Source: Eledone cirrhosa (lineage: Eukaryota). From it: DNA of 64,000 nt. The translations under genes were made by a program, and so were the position numbers. Under the pieces are notes generated by a model, which saw only the letters and a list, made by a program, of their open reading frames with translations, did not search any database and had not been told where the DNA came from. This document shows, piece by piece, positions 42,241-54,013 of the stretch; position 1 is the first letter of the stretch; the number at the start of each line of letters is the position of its first letter. The DNA is taken from assembly GCA_964016885.1 (NCBI GenBank), contig OZ024752.1:37510001-37574000 (forward strand), written 5' to 3'.

Positions 42241-42654
42241 CCTTCTTAATATTACAATATCTCCTCATACCTGGTCATGTAGTGTTTAACTCATGTTTCT
42301 GTCTAGTGAAGTAATGCTTACCTCACCTTCTTAATATTACAATATCTCATGTTTCTACCTGGTCATGTCCTGTTGACCTCATGTTCTTAATATTACAACA
42401 GACATGTCAACACTCCTCGTCCGATGGGGGAGATTTCCCACCCATTTTAGGGTAGGTGAGAGATGTCTTCTCTTGTGAAAATGGGTATAGCTTTCATTAT
42501 GTAAAATCTCTCCATTTTGCCTCATTTCTCCCCGTTTGGGGGCACTTTTTATGGTACGCCCCGTTTTGGGGCACTTTTTTTCATGGTACTCCCCATTTTG
42601 GTTTTTAGAGGTTGGCAGGTCTGGTTACAATATCTTTTCATGCTTCTATCGTCT

Positions 42655-43162
42655 TACCAGTAATGCACTGGGTAATTGCTGGCCTTGTGCCAAAAGTAGA
42701 AACAATTATTGTAGGTGGATTGGCAGTATATGTAGAGTGTCAGACGCCATGCTTTGACGCATAGAGTTACGGCCCTTGCCATTCTGAGTTCAAATCACGC
42801 TGAGGTTAACTTTGCCTTTCATCCTTACGGGGTCGATAAAATAAAGTACCAGTAATGCACTGGGATAATTGCTGGCCTTGTGCCAAAAGTAGAAACAATT
42901 ATTGTATTCTCACAATTCAGTCACTAAGAACAGATTCTCCCGCAGAAAACATAAGCATTAACGCCTTTCACTTGATGTCCTCTGGCTGTATCGATAGAGC
43001 ATCAGACAACATGCTTTGCGGCATAGAGTTATGTCCCTTTACGTTCTGAGTTCAAATCTCGCCAAGATTAACTTTGCCTTTCATCCTTAAGGGGTCGTTA
43101 AAATAAAGTACCAGCAATGCATTGGGGTATTTGCTGGCCTTTTGCCAAAAGTAGAAACAATT
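42655..43162 (+). mobile_element. Cluster of SINE family 1 copies
   Basis: Copies at 42712-42905 and 42985-43162, plus a 3' stub at 42655-42710. Confidence 0.85.
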
Positions 43163-43163
43163 A

Positions 43164-43333
43164 CCGTATTTCCCGGTTCGAAGACGCTACTTTTTTCCTA
43201 AAATAAGTCTCAAAAATCTACCATGTGTCCTGAAGACCGAAGGTTGTTTATTATATTTTTTTTTCAAATTTTTGGTTGTCAAAATTAGGGTGCGTTCTCG
43301 AGAACGAAGTGTCTTTGACGCTGGGAAATACTG
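43164..43333. mobile_element. pogo/Tigger-like MITE
   Basis: ta-ccgtatttcccggttcgaagacgc ... gtgtctttgacgctgggaaatactg-ta. Confidence 0.7.
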
Positions 43334-44258
43334 TATGTCCTCATCAGTAGAGGCGTTACGTCTCTTTACGTTCTGAGTTCAAATCCCGCCGAGGTTAGTT
43401 TTGCCTTTTATCGTTATGGGTTTTGTGCCTGAATCAGGAACAATTATATTTTCAGAGATCTAAACGACTTGAGATAAAAAATCAAAAAAATCTCTTCCGA
43501 GTTAAATTTCCGCTACATAAAAAAATCCTGTACTTTCTATTGTTTGCATCCTTTCAGAGAATATGTTTTATAAAGCTTCTATTTGATTTACTCTCGGGTC
43601 CCGAATAATCGTTTCCCCTCCCCCACAGCTTATTCCACCCCACCCCTATTATTTTGGACTTGAGAACTGTTAAATTTTCCCCCACACATAAAATCCTGTA
43701 CTTTCTCTATTGTCCGTACCTTTTCAACGAATATCTTTTATGAAGCTTGTATTTGACCTCTGTTCTAATGAGTCATTGGGTGAGTTAACAGAAAGTAAAG
43801 GGCACGCCCTTTTCCGTTTCTCTTCTACAAACAAATGACATGTGGAGCCGGTATGTCATAGTAGATAGATCTGTGAACTTTACACTGAATGCTGCTTTCT
43901 TTCTTTCTTTTTTTATACACCAGAACAAACATTTCATCCTAAAAAAAATTATGTAACTGAAATGAAAAAAAAAAAAAAAGAAATTGAAATATATATAAAT
44001 GATTTAAATATTTGAAACTTTCTTGTAAAATAAACCAAGCAATAATGTAAGGTTTGAGGTTTTAAAGCAAATAATTACTACTTATCGTGTGTGAAAGGAT
44101 GTAGAAAATACTGATAGTATGTAAATTGGTACACACGTGATAGACAATATAGAATATAGTGAATAAGTCACATAAAACTGAAAATGAAGTGCAGTTTAAT
44201 GGAAGTATGAGAAAATAGCAGACATTATATGTATATATATATATATACATATGCTACT

Positions 44259-44802
44259 GGTAACATGTATCCCAGTACAACCTGTCTCATGGTCGGGTCG
44301 TTGGCGACTAAACTGGCAACCCCACCAAGGTTTCTTGATGAGGAGGGTGACTTTGGACATCCTGCAGGACTAAAATCAAAACCTGTCAAAGGGCAAAGGA
44401 GCTCTTAAGAGTCAATGGCCATCCAGAATTCTAGGAGAAGGAAAACTCTGATATAACACCTGCAACCCTGATGGTATCCAATGATGTTGATTTGTTCTTC
44501 TTTTTGGTAAATATCATCTTGGTTAAGAGAGTGGGACTGGCTTTGTGCAGTGTCTTTGCTCACTATAAAAGCTTCACGGCACAGGCATTGCTTTATATCT
44601 GGAGATCTCTCTGCACTTGTCGTTACATGGTACCATGGGCCCAGCACTATGTGTCAATAATTGTCACAAGTGTAGTGTTTGTACCTGAGTTCAAGTCGCT
44701 GGCTGGACTAAAAAGTCACACTCGTTCAGCGCATCGGTGGGGGTTCTCCTACATGGATATAAAGTAGTGGCCGTACTCGAAAACGAGTTGGCAGCCACCA
44801 CC

Positions 44803-44803
<1 letters not shown>
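44259..44803 (+). mobile_element. RTE-derived non-autonomous element (5' UTR-like start, C2H2-finger 3' end)
   Basis: The 3' part reads CSVCT/FKSLAGLKSHTRSAH with one frameshift, like RTE-BovB C-termini. The 5' part resembles RTE leaders (ggagaaggaaaactctg). Confidence 0.55.
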
Positions 44804-44834
<31 letters not shown>

Positions 44835-45039
44835 GCACGCATATATATTTATATATATATATATGTAAATATGATAATAAGGGCGCTGCGGAGTTGCAAA
44901 TGGGTTACATATGAAAAAAGTTTGTCCTTCATCAGTGATCTTCCAACTATCATAATGAAATGCCTATGATAGTTGGAAGATCACTGATGAAGGACAAACT
45001 TTTTTCATATATATATATATACATACACACACAGACGCA

Positions 45040-45096
<57 letters not shown>

Positions 45097-45099
<3 letters not shown>

Positions 45100-45397
45100 A
45101 CCTGTGCGAAATTCTTTCCTTGCTCACATTTTGACCAGGTTTGATGGTCTTTATTCTCTCTCGTTCACGATTTCACAGAACTTATGTTCATCGATTTCAG
45201 GGACTTGACTCCTTCTTCCTCACTTTTCGTTGCATTACCATCTTTGATTGTTTACTGTCTCGCTCGTTCCCCTTATTTACGTGTCCCAACGACTTTCTTT
45301 AGCCGTTGCTCGCACCAACCGGAGGTATATGGTCTTTATAAAGCGATGAAATACCAATGAAGGTTGGCAGATCACTGATGAAGGACTAAATTTATTT
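45097..45397 (+). mobile_element. Repeat family F
   Basis: Homologous to the reverse complement of 22837-23140. Has tttataaa followed ~35 nt later by CTGATGAaggac and (TA)n. Confidence 0.6.
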
Positions 45398-45828
45398 ATA
45401 TATATATATATATATAGGGCGGTGGATTCGCAGTATCGGTAGAGGGTCGGACGCCATGCTTTCGTCCTTACGGGATCGACAAAATAAAGTACCAGTAATG
45501 TACTGGGGTCGTTTTAATCGACTTTCCCTTTCCCAAAAAGATTGCTGGCCTTGTGCTTATATAATAAACCATTATATATATATATATATATATATCATCA
45601 GCATCATCATCATTATCGTTTAACGTCCATCTTCCACGCTAGCATGGGTTGGACGGGTTTGTCCCACTTGAGGCAAGATTAGTCGGGTGACTGTGTCTGG
45701 CAGGTTTTCTACAGCTGGATGCCCTCCCTAACGCCAACCATATTTACAATGTGGACTGGGAGCCTTTTTAACGTGTCTCCTACACGACCACTTCACAGTG
45801 TGGCTTGGTTGTACCAACATAACTTTAC

Positions 45829-45939
<111 letters not shown>

Positions 45940-46105
45940 CGGGGTGCTGAAAAGTTCCTGGCTTTGGGTAAAAGAAAATACAGGAGGATCAGTTAATTAT
46001 GATTTTATTCTACTTATGCCTCTCTCAGATTCACATACTTATTGCAACGGTCCTATCTCCCCTGTAAAGGTAACAGCTCTACTCTTTCCCGATACCCTTA
46101 AGCCA
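45940..46105. mobile_element. Tc1/mariner-type MITE
   Basis: TIRs gctgaaaagttcctggctt / aagccaggaacttttcaac between TA runs. Confidence 0.75.
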
Positions 46106-46124
46106 GGAACTTTTCAACAGCTCA

Positions 46125-46236
<112 letters not shown>

Positions 46237-46383
46237 ATTAAAATACTGGAGCGTGTTGGAGTTAAACACCCTCTTCGTATTATAGAAATGACAGTAAAAG
46301 GTATAGCTCAATGTAATTAAACAGAGCCGAAGAATTATGAAAATAAAACAAAGAAGCCTTCAATACATCAAAAGTCTTTATTA

Positions 46384-46421
46384 GCCAACAATGTTTCGTC
46401 CTATTAAGGACTCATCAGGGC
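46384..46421 (-). ncRNA. Minimal type I hammerhead ribozyme with canonical core
   Basis: GCC CTGATGA GTCC ttaata GGAC GAAA CATTG TT GGC t AATAAA. A ~140-nt tail follows to (TA)n at 46233. Confidence 0.9.
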
Positions 46422-46422
46422 A

Positions 46423-46457
<35 letters not shown>

Positions 46458-46510
46458 TAATAAAAATAATGAATAAAAACAAAGAAACAGTTCCTTATAT
46501 TAAAAAATTC

Positions 46511-46637
46511 ATCATTTTACGATCGTTTCTAGGATATATATGTGTGTGTTGGTATGTATATCATATAGATCTATGTGAAATTTTTACAAACTATCAGAGG
46601 GAATATACATACCTACACATATATATGCTGTCTTCAG

Positions 46638-46643
<6 letters not shown>
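46511..46643 (-). ncRNA. Type I hammerhead ribozyme with long stem II (family C)
   Basis: tATTT CTGAAGA cagcATATATATGTGTaGGTATGTATAT...ATATACATACCaacacACACATATATATccta GAAA CGATCG TA AAAT. Confidence 0.75.
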
Positions 46644-46675
<32 letters not shown>

Positions 46676-46679
<4 letters not shown>

Positions 46680-47267
46680 CCACAATATTCGCGGTCTCGG
46701 TTATTCGCGAGTTTTTTCTTAGACCCTAACTAATAAATGTTCGTGGAAACCACCACATATTTGCGGAATCATAAATATCTTGCGCGATTTTTTTATGCCT
46801 TTTTTTCGTGACAATATACACTTTTTCGCGCCTTTTAACGCTTAATTATCAATGTGTGCATGTATGTATATTTATATATACATACTACTGTACGTCTGTA
46901 TACATATATGTATGTACGTCTACATACTTATATTATCAATAACAATATACCGTATTTGCCGGCTGGTTTAGCAGTATCGGTAGAGCACCAGACACCATGT
47001 TTTGCAGCATAGTTATGGCCCTTTGCGTTCTGAGTTCAAATCCACCGAGGTTAACTTTGCCTTTTATCCTTACTAGGTCGATAAAATAAAGTACCAGTGA
47101 TGCACTGGCGTAATCGCTGACCTTGTGCCAAAAGTAGAAAGTCTATATCTTACGTTATGTTTCGACGTTTATAGGCATTTTTATGGACCACGTCCAATAT
47201 TCGCGGATTTTCGCTCTTCGCGGGTGCTCTTTCAACATAAACTCCGTAAATACCGGGAACAACTGTA
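46676..47267. mobile_element. Tigger/pogo-like non-autonomous element interrupted by a SINE family 1 copy (46965-47140)
   Basis: Repeated attcgcgg subterminal motifs; right end ccgtaaataccgggaacaactg-ta. Confidence 0.55.
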
Positions 47268-47372
47268 TATATATATATATATATATAGTAATAATAATAA
47301 AATTGAAGACTAAAATCCAAAGTGGGCTCGATGAGGAAAATATATATCAAATATATAAGAACCGTAGAGCAA

Positions 47373-47558
47373 ATATTTATTAAAATAACAGATTAAAGTT
47401 TAAGCAAAGAATCGCTGCTTTCACCCTTAACGGGATCTTCTGAAACTAACAAAGTCAATCTGTAAACGCAGATTGACTTTGTTAGTTTCAGAAGATCCCG
47501 TTAAGGGTGAAAGCAGCGATTCTTTGCTTAAACTTTAATCTGTTATTTTAATAAATAT
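47373..47558. ncRNA. Perfect ~90-bp-arm palindrome carrying two hammerheads (47397-47447 minus, 47484-47534 plus), core variant CAGAAGA
   Basis: AGTTT CAGAAGA tCCCgttaaGGGt GAAA GCAgcgattcttTGC TT AAACT; the arms are exact reverse complements. Confidence 0.7.
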
Positions 47559-47962
47559 ATATATATATTCGTATATATTCGTACCAGCTAAAAATCAAGT
47601 ACTGAATAGTAAGTACTGTCTCATATACAGCTCATATAAAGCTCGAACTGAGGACAAGAACAAAGGTAAAAATAGACAGCTAGGGGGAAGGGCATGACGG
47701 GTGGGGGGGGGGGGGGGGGGGGTGCAAACCAACATCTGACATGTAAAACAATGAGAGGGAATTCAATCTACTGAAGAAAAAGAAGGACCTTTGAGGTACA
47801 TGCATGTTTCTGTCTGGTACGAAAGCAGCAACTTGCTGTGTCTATTATTAGTGTTTAGTCACTAAACTGGGTCATCTACTGAAATAATTTTGTAAGTTGC
47901 AATTACAGCAGCTGTTAAAATCTGTGACAGAAACAGGTTTGCAATATCGGATGTGAGAGATA

Positions 47963-48790
<828 letters not shown>

Positions 48791-49199
48791 GGACGCAGAA
48801 CGAAGTATACTCTTCTATTTATTTACACATATACATTTATATGTTTATTTTTATTTAGGGATTAGTTAAGAGAACTAAATACTAAACAGAGAAATACAAA
48901 ACTCTGAACATGATGTTAACTGTTTGTAGTTTAGTTAGTAATGTTTAGATTCTAGTTTCTTAACTAAATGTACTCAAGATCTTCAATGTACTAACATGAG
49001 GTGTGTTCTCGATTTTACAATCATATGTGTGTAAAATCCCACCCATTTTCTTCGGCTAAAGAGCTAAAACGCTTGTATGATCATTTCTCGAATTAGTTCA
49101 AGCAAGATAACAAAGACAGATATTCGCTTAATTCAAGAGGTTTTACGAGAATTGGCTCATGTTTTCCCAGGTAAACATGTTCCACACACATGCAATAAA

Positions 49200-49231
<32 letters not shown>

Positions 49232-49288
49232 CTGTATATATTCTTCATTTATTATACTTAATTGCAACAACACAGTCGCCATTTTTTA

Positions 49289-49323
<35 letters not shown>

Positions 49324-49326
<3 letters not shown>

Positions 49327-49670
49327 GATAAATCTACCAAGAGTTTACGGTAGTGTCCAATCCGTATGAAGAACTCAATATAATCCGGATATCATGGAAA
49401 GAAGAGATGCATTCAAAAATCACTTTCGGTGAAAGATAAACGGAATACAGAGTCAAGATAAAATATTAAAAAAATAATGAATAAAACAATGAAACAGTTC
49501 CTTATATTAAACAAAAAAAGTTCATTATTTAACGATCGTTTCTAGGACATATATGTGTTAGAATTGGTATGCATATTCAACAGATCTATGTACAAAATTA
49601 TACAAAATTATACAAATTATCAAATATAATATACATACCAACACATACATATGCCGTCTTCAGAAATAAT
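49324..49670 (-). mobile_element. Family C element: complete HHR plus full 3' tail
   Basis: The tail matches 16150-16287. 49465-49645 recurs inverted and near-identical at 55330-55508. Confidence 0.75.
49524..49670 (-). ncRNA. Type I hammerhead ribozyme with ~120-nt stem II
   Basis: ATTATTT CTGAAGA cGGCATATGTATGTGTTGGTATGTATATT...AATATGCATACCaattctAACACATATATGTCCta GAAA CGATCG TT AAATAAT. Confidence 0.8.
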
Positions 49671-49713
49671 ACATATATATATATATTATATCAACTAGAA
49701 ATTGATTGACATA

Positions 49714-50787
49714 GGAAGGCCTTTGATTCTGTGGACCGTTACTGCCTGATGAAGATCTTACAGGCTTATGGAATCCCCAAGAAGATAGTGGACCTGATAT
49801 CACTGCTCTACACCAACACCAAAGCCCAAGTCATTACACCTGATGGGATGACAGAGTTCTTTGAGATACTGGCTGGAGTGCTCCAGGGAGATACATTGGC
49901 TCCCTACCTTTTTATCATCGTAGTGGACTATTGTATGCGCCTTGCACTGGAGAAACACCAGGACTCTGGCCTTACTGTAGCACCGGCTCAGAGCAGGAAA
50001 GTTAGGGCGAAAAAGGTATCGGATGCTGAATTTGCCGACGACATAGTTTTGGTGACAAATACAGTGAAGGAGGCAGAGGATTTGATGCGGGAGTTTGAGA
50101 CTGTGTCGATGAGTGTGGGGCTGAGAATGAATGAGACTAAAACAAAATATCTGGTAGAGAATGTTGAGAATCCAGAGGGGATCACTAATGTAGGCGGGAA
50201 GCCACTGGAATTGGTTGAGGACTTCTTGTATTTGGGAGCAAAAATTGGGAATACGGAAGATGATGTGGTTGAGAGGAAGAGCAAGGACTGGGCGGCGTGC
50301 CACAGTTTGAGATCGGCGTGGAAGTCGGACCTTCGTAGAGACCTGAAAATCCGCCTCTTCATTGCTGTAGTGGAGTCTGTGCTGCTGTATGGGTCTGGGA
50401 CTTGGACACTGACCAAGAAACTCACTCAGATGGTGGATGGGTGCTACACGAGAATGCTGAGGATGGCTCTGAACATTAATCAGTATACACTGAGGATGAA
50501 CAACTCAGAGCTGTATGGGAGCATCCCAAAAGTCAGCTCAAAAGTGACACAGAGGAGACTGAGGTTGGCTGGACATGCTCACCGACATCCAGAGTTGACA
50601 TTGCACTCAGTGCTCCTTTGGGAGCCCCTACATGGACACACTGGAAGAGGAAGACCAAGGTTGACGTAGGTTGATGCCCTAAGGTCAGACACTGGTCTGT
50701 TGGAGACGCAGGACATGGCAGCGATAATGAGTAACAGAGACCGCTGGAGAGAACTCGTCCATGGATCTCGGGAATTTTACCCGCCTT

Positions 50788-50789
<2 letters not shown>
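49714..50789 (+). pseudogene. 5'-truncated RTE-clade LINE reverse transcriptase (ORF 49731-50669)
   Basis: RKAFDSVDR, GVLQGDTLAPYLF, FADD, FLYLG, ESVLLYGS.TW, RRLRLAGH, GRGRP. A premature TAG at 50667 stands where the 14410 copy has TAT. Confidence 0.95.
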
Positions 50790-50857
<68 letters not shown>

Positions 50858-51009
50858 ATATAAAATAATCATATATAAATATATATGTCAATCAATTTCT
50901 AGTTGATATAAAATGCTCGGATTATTCATTGGAATCTTTGACCATATTCTGCAGTGGATATGGCGCATGTCTCTCAGACATGAGACCCTTAATTTAATTT
51001 TTGTATATA

Positions 51010-51068
<59 letters not shown>

Positions 51069-51117
51069 GAAAGGTATACAAAGTATTGTAGCAAGAAGCC
51101 AACAGTATTCCATAATA

Positions 51118-51219
<102 letters not shown>

Positions 51220-51235
51220 ATAATAATATATATAT

Positions 51236-51555
51236 TTAATATAGAAATAGCTTCTACAGGACTGGAACTGTTTCATTCGGGAGAAATCATCAGGAAGCCT
51301 ACTGTCCAAGTATCCCTTTTCTTTAAATCCATCAACCAATGACCTCCACCCACCCAAATCCCCACCCTCTTCTACCACCAGATAAGGTATAAATACCACC
51401 ATACTATTTGGATAGCCGGCTTCCCGATGATTTCTCCAGAATTAAACAGTTCTAGTCCCGTAGAAGCCATTTCTATATTAAATAGTTATACTCTGCTATG
51501 CATTGAGTACCTTACTTACTGTGGTTACCCCCCGATTGAACCCAGGATAAACTTC
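51236..51555 (+). mobile_element. Family A pLTR: inverted HHR arm, CCAAT/TATA region, HHR, tail
   Basis: 51236-51299 is the reverse complement of 51418-51483. CCAAT at ~51336 and TATAAATA at 51388-51395. Confidence 0.78.
51250..51299 (-). ncRNA. Type I hammerhead ribozyme (family A)
   Basis: gGCTTC CTGATGA tTTCtcccGAAt GAAA CAGttccagtcCTG TA GAAGC. The plus-strand partner at 51418-51468 has core mutations (CCGAUGA, UAAAC). Confidence 0.85.
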
Positions 51556-51557
51556 TC

Positions 51558-51736
<179 letters not shown>

Positions 51737-51754
51737 ATATATATATATATATAT

Positions 51755-51931
51755 AGGAACAAGTAAGACCCTGACGGCTGAGCTCAAGCCGTTTCGTCCA
51801 GATTTAGCCGTCGAAACGGCTTGAGCTCAGCCGTCGGGGTCTTACTTGTTCCTATTACCCACTCTACTACCCTAAGTATTGAGTAGTTTGGTGCGTTATG
51901 GTCCACCTGGTTCCTTACCACATTTCCTTCG

Positions 51932-51933
<2 letters not shown>
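51755..51933 (+). mobile_element. Family D foldback element with the 3' half of a hammerhead
   Basis: GAAAC GGCT tgagctc AGCC GTC ggggt on both strands plus an 80-nt tail, flanked by (TA)n. Confidence 0.7.
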
Positions 51934-51996
<63 letters not shown>

Positions 51997-52248
51997 TTTA
52001 AGGTATCAAAACAAATCAAAATATGGTTGATATTTATACGTGTCAATGGAATAGCTCAATGGACATTTGTCCAGAGCTATAATAATTCAAATTAAAAGAT
52101 ATATGTATATTGAGGGAGAGAGAAGAGAGAACCAATATCTCATGAGAGTATATATTGCATAGATACAAAATACATATTTCAAAGAAAAATATGTAGTAAA
52201 GATGGAAACAATAAAATTCCTTATAGCGCTATTTCATGACTTGTAGAA

Positions 52249-52328
<80 letters not shown>

Positions 52329-52330
<2 letters not shown>

Positions 52331-52532
52331 GTAGGTCCCGGGTTGAGTCGGGGATAACCACAGTAAGTAAGATACTCAATACATGGCAGAGTAAACATTT
52401 TTTTATTTTATAGAAGGAGCTTCTACAGGACTAGTACTGTTTCATTCAGATGAAATCTTCAGGAAGCTTCCTGAAGATTTCATCTGAATGAAACAGTACT
52501 TGTCCTGTAGAAGCTCCTTCTATAAAATAAAA
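52329..52532 (-). mobile_element. Family A element with a palindromic double hammerhead
   Basis: Tail at 52329-52395; palindrome 52401-52532 centred on gaagcttc. Confidence 0.8.
52465..52515 (+). ncRNA. Type I hammerhead ribozyme; mirror copy at 52418-52468 on the minus strand
   Basis: AGCTTC CTGAAGA tTTCAtcTGAAt GAAA CAGtacttgtcCTG TA GAAGCT. Confidence 0.88.
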
Positions 52533-52562
52533 ATAAAAATAAAATATATATATATATATAAA

Positions 52563-52707
52563 TAACAAAGAGGGTGTGGTAAGATACCAGCGTACTCAAT
52601 ACTTAAGGTAGTAGTGTGGGTAATAGGAAAAGAGTCAGGACCCCGACGGCTGAGCTCCGGCCGTTTCGACACCGGAGCTCAGCCGTCAGGGTCCTGACTC
52701 TTTTCTG
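52563..52707 (-). mobile_element. Family D variant foldback
   Basis: GAAACGGCcggagctcaGCCGTCggggtcc on the minus strand, a tail with gtattgagtac, and a short inverted arm. Confidence 0.65.
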
Positions 52708-52711
52708 TATA

Positions 52712-52800
<89 letters not shown>

Positions 52801-52803
<3 letters not shown>

Positions 52804-52996
52804 AACCAGTAAGACCCCGACAGCTGAGCTCAAGCCGTTTCGACGGCTAATTCTGAATTAGTCCAGAATTAGCCGTCGAAACGGCTTGAGCTCAGCTGTC
52901 GGGGTCTTACTGGTTCCTATTACCCACTCTACTACCTCAAGTATTGAGTACTTTGGTGCGTTATGGTCCACCTGGTTCCTTACCACATTTCCTTCG

Positions 52997-52998
<2 letters not shown>
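52801..52998 (+). mobile_element. Family D foldback element
   Basis: Arms 52801-52855 and 52864-52919, then a tail near-identical to 51855-51933. Confidence 0.7.
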
Positions 52999-53066
<68 letters not shown>

Positions 53067-53443
53067 GAAAGGTGACACATTTGCAGTGTATGCCAAATAG
53101 AATGTCTGTATCCATTTCTCTCTTCACTCGATACTATTTACAAAGTTGATTTAATTAATGTAAGCTACCGAAACTCACGTCAATTTTACAGTGTTGCGCT
53201 ACAGTATTGGATCAGCTTATCTTGTCTATACAGGGTGTCTATTGTGGTGTATGTATGTATGTATGTATGTATGTATGTATGTATGTATGTATGTATGTAT
53301 GTATGTATGTATGTATGGTCCCATAACTCCTGTTGGAGTCCTAGGGACATCGTAATATCATATGGCGTTTCTTGGGTATTTGAAGCCTGGTGGAGCCCAT
53401 CTCTCTCCAAGACTGAATACAACAGATTTCTGCCAGACAAGGT

Positions 53444-53488
<45 letters not shown>

Positions 53489-53631
53489 AGTATAATCGAA
53501 GTCAGTATTGCAGCATATGTACAAACTGTATAGGCATATCAAAATTGTTTCAATATCGATCAGCTCAAGGGCCTTGTAACAGCATTGTGAGTTTCGGACG
53601 ACGCACCGCCTGTAACTGTAGTTATACACCT

Positions 53632-54013
<382 letters not shown>

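Noticed and set aside
32145-42249. Dozens of 61-aa ORFs (MSCGPHVINTT...) resembling a tandem gene family or CRISPR array
   Set aside because: They are overlapping translations of an 80-bp satellite. There are no unique spacers, no cas genes, and the unit is not a multiple of 3.
49731-50669. Active RT that mobilises the hammerhead elements
   Set aside because: It is RTE-clade rather than Penelope-type, 5'-truncated, lacks the endonuclease and has a premature stop. Shared TA targets explain its proximity.
51755-51853. MITE or pre-miRNA reading of the family D hairpins
   Set aside because: The elements are asymmetric, with a one-sided tail and a variable centre, and the arms contain a GAAAC...GUC hammerhead half. 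That fits inverted pLTR remnants better.
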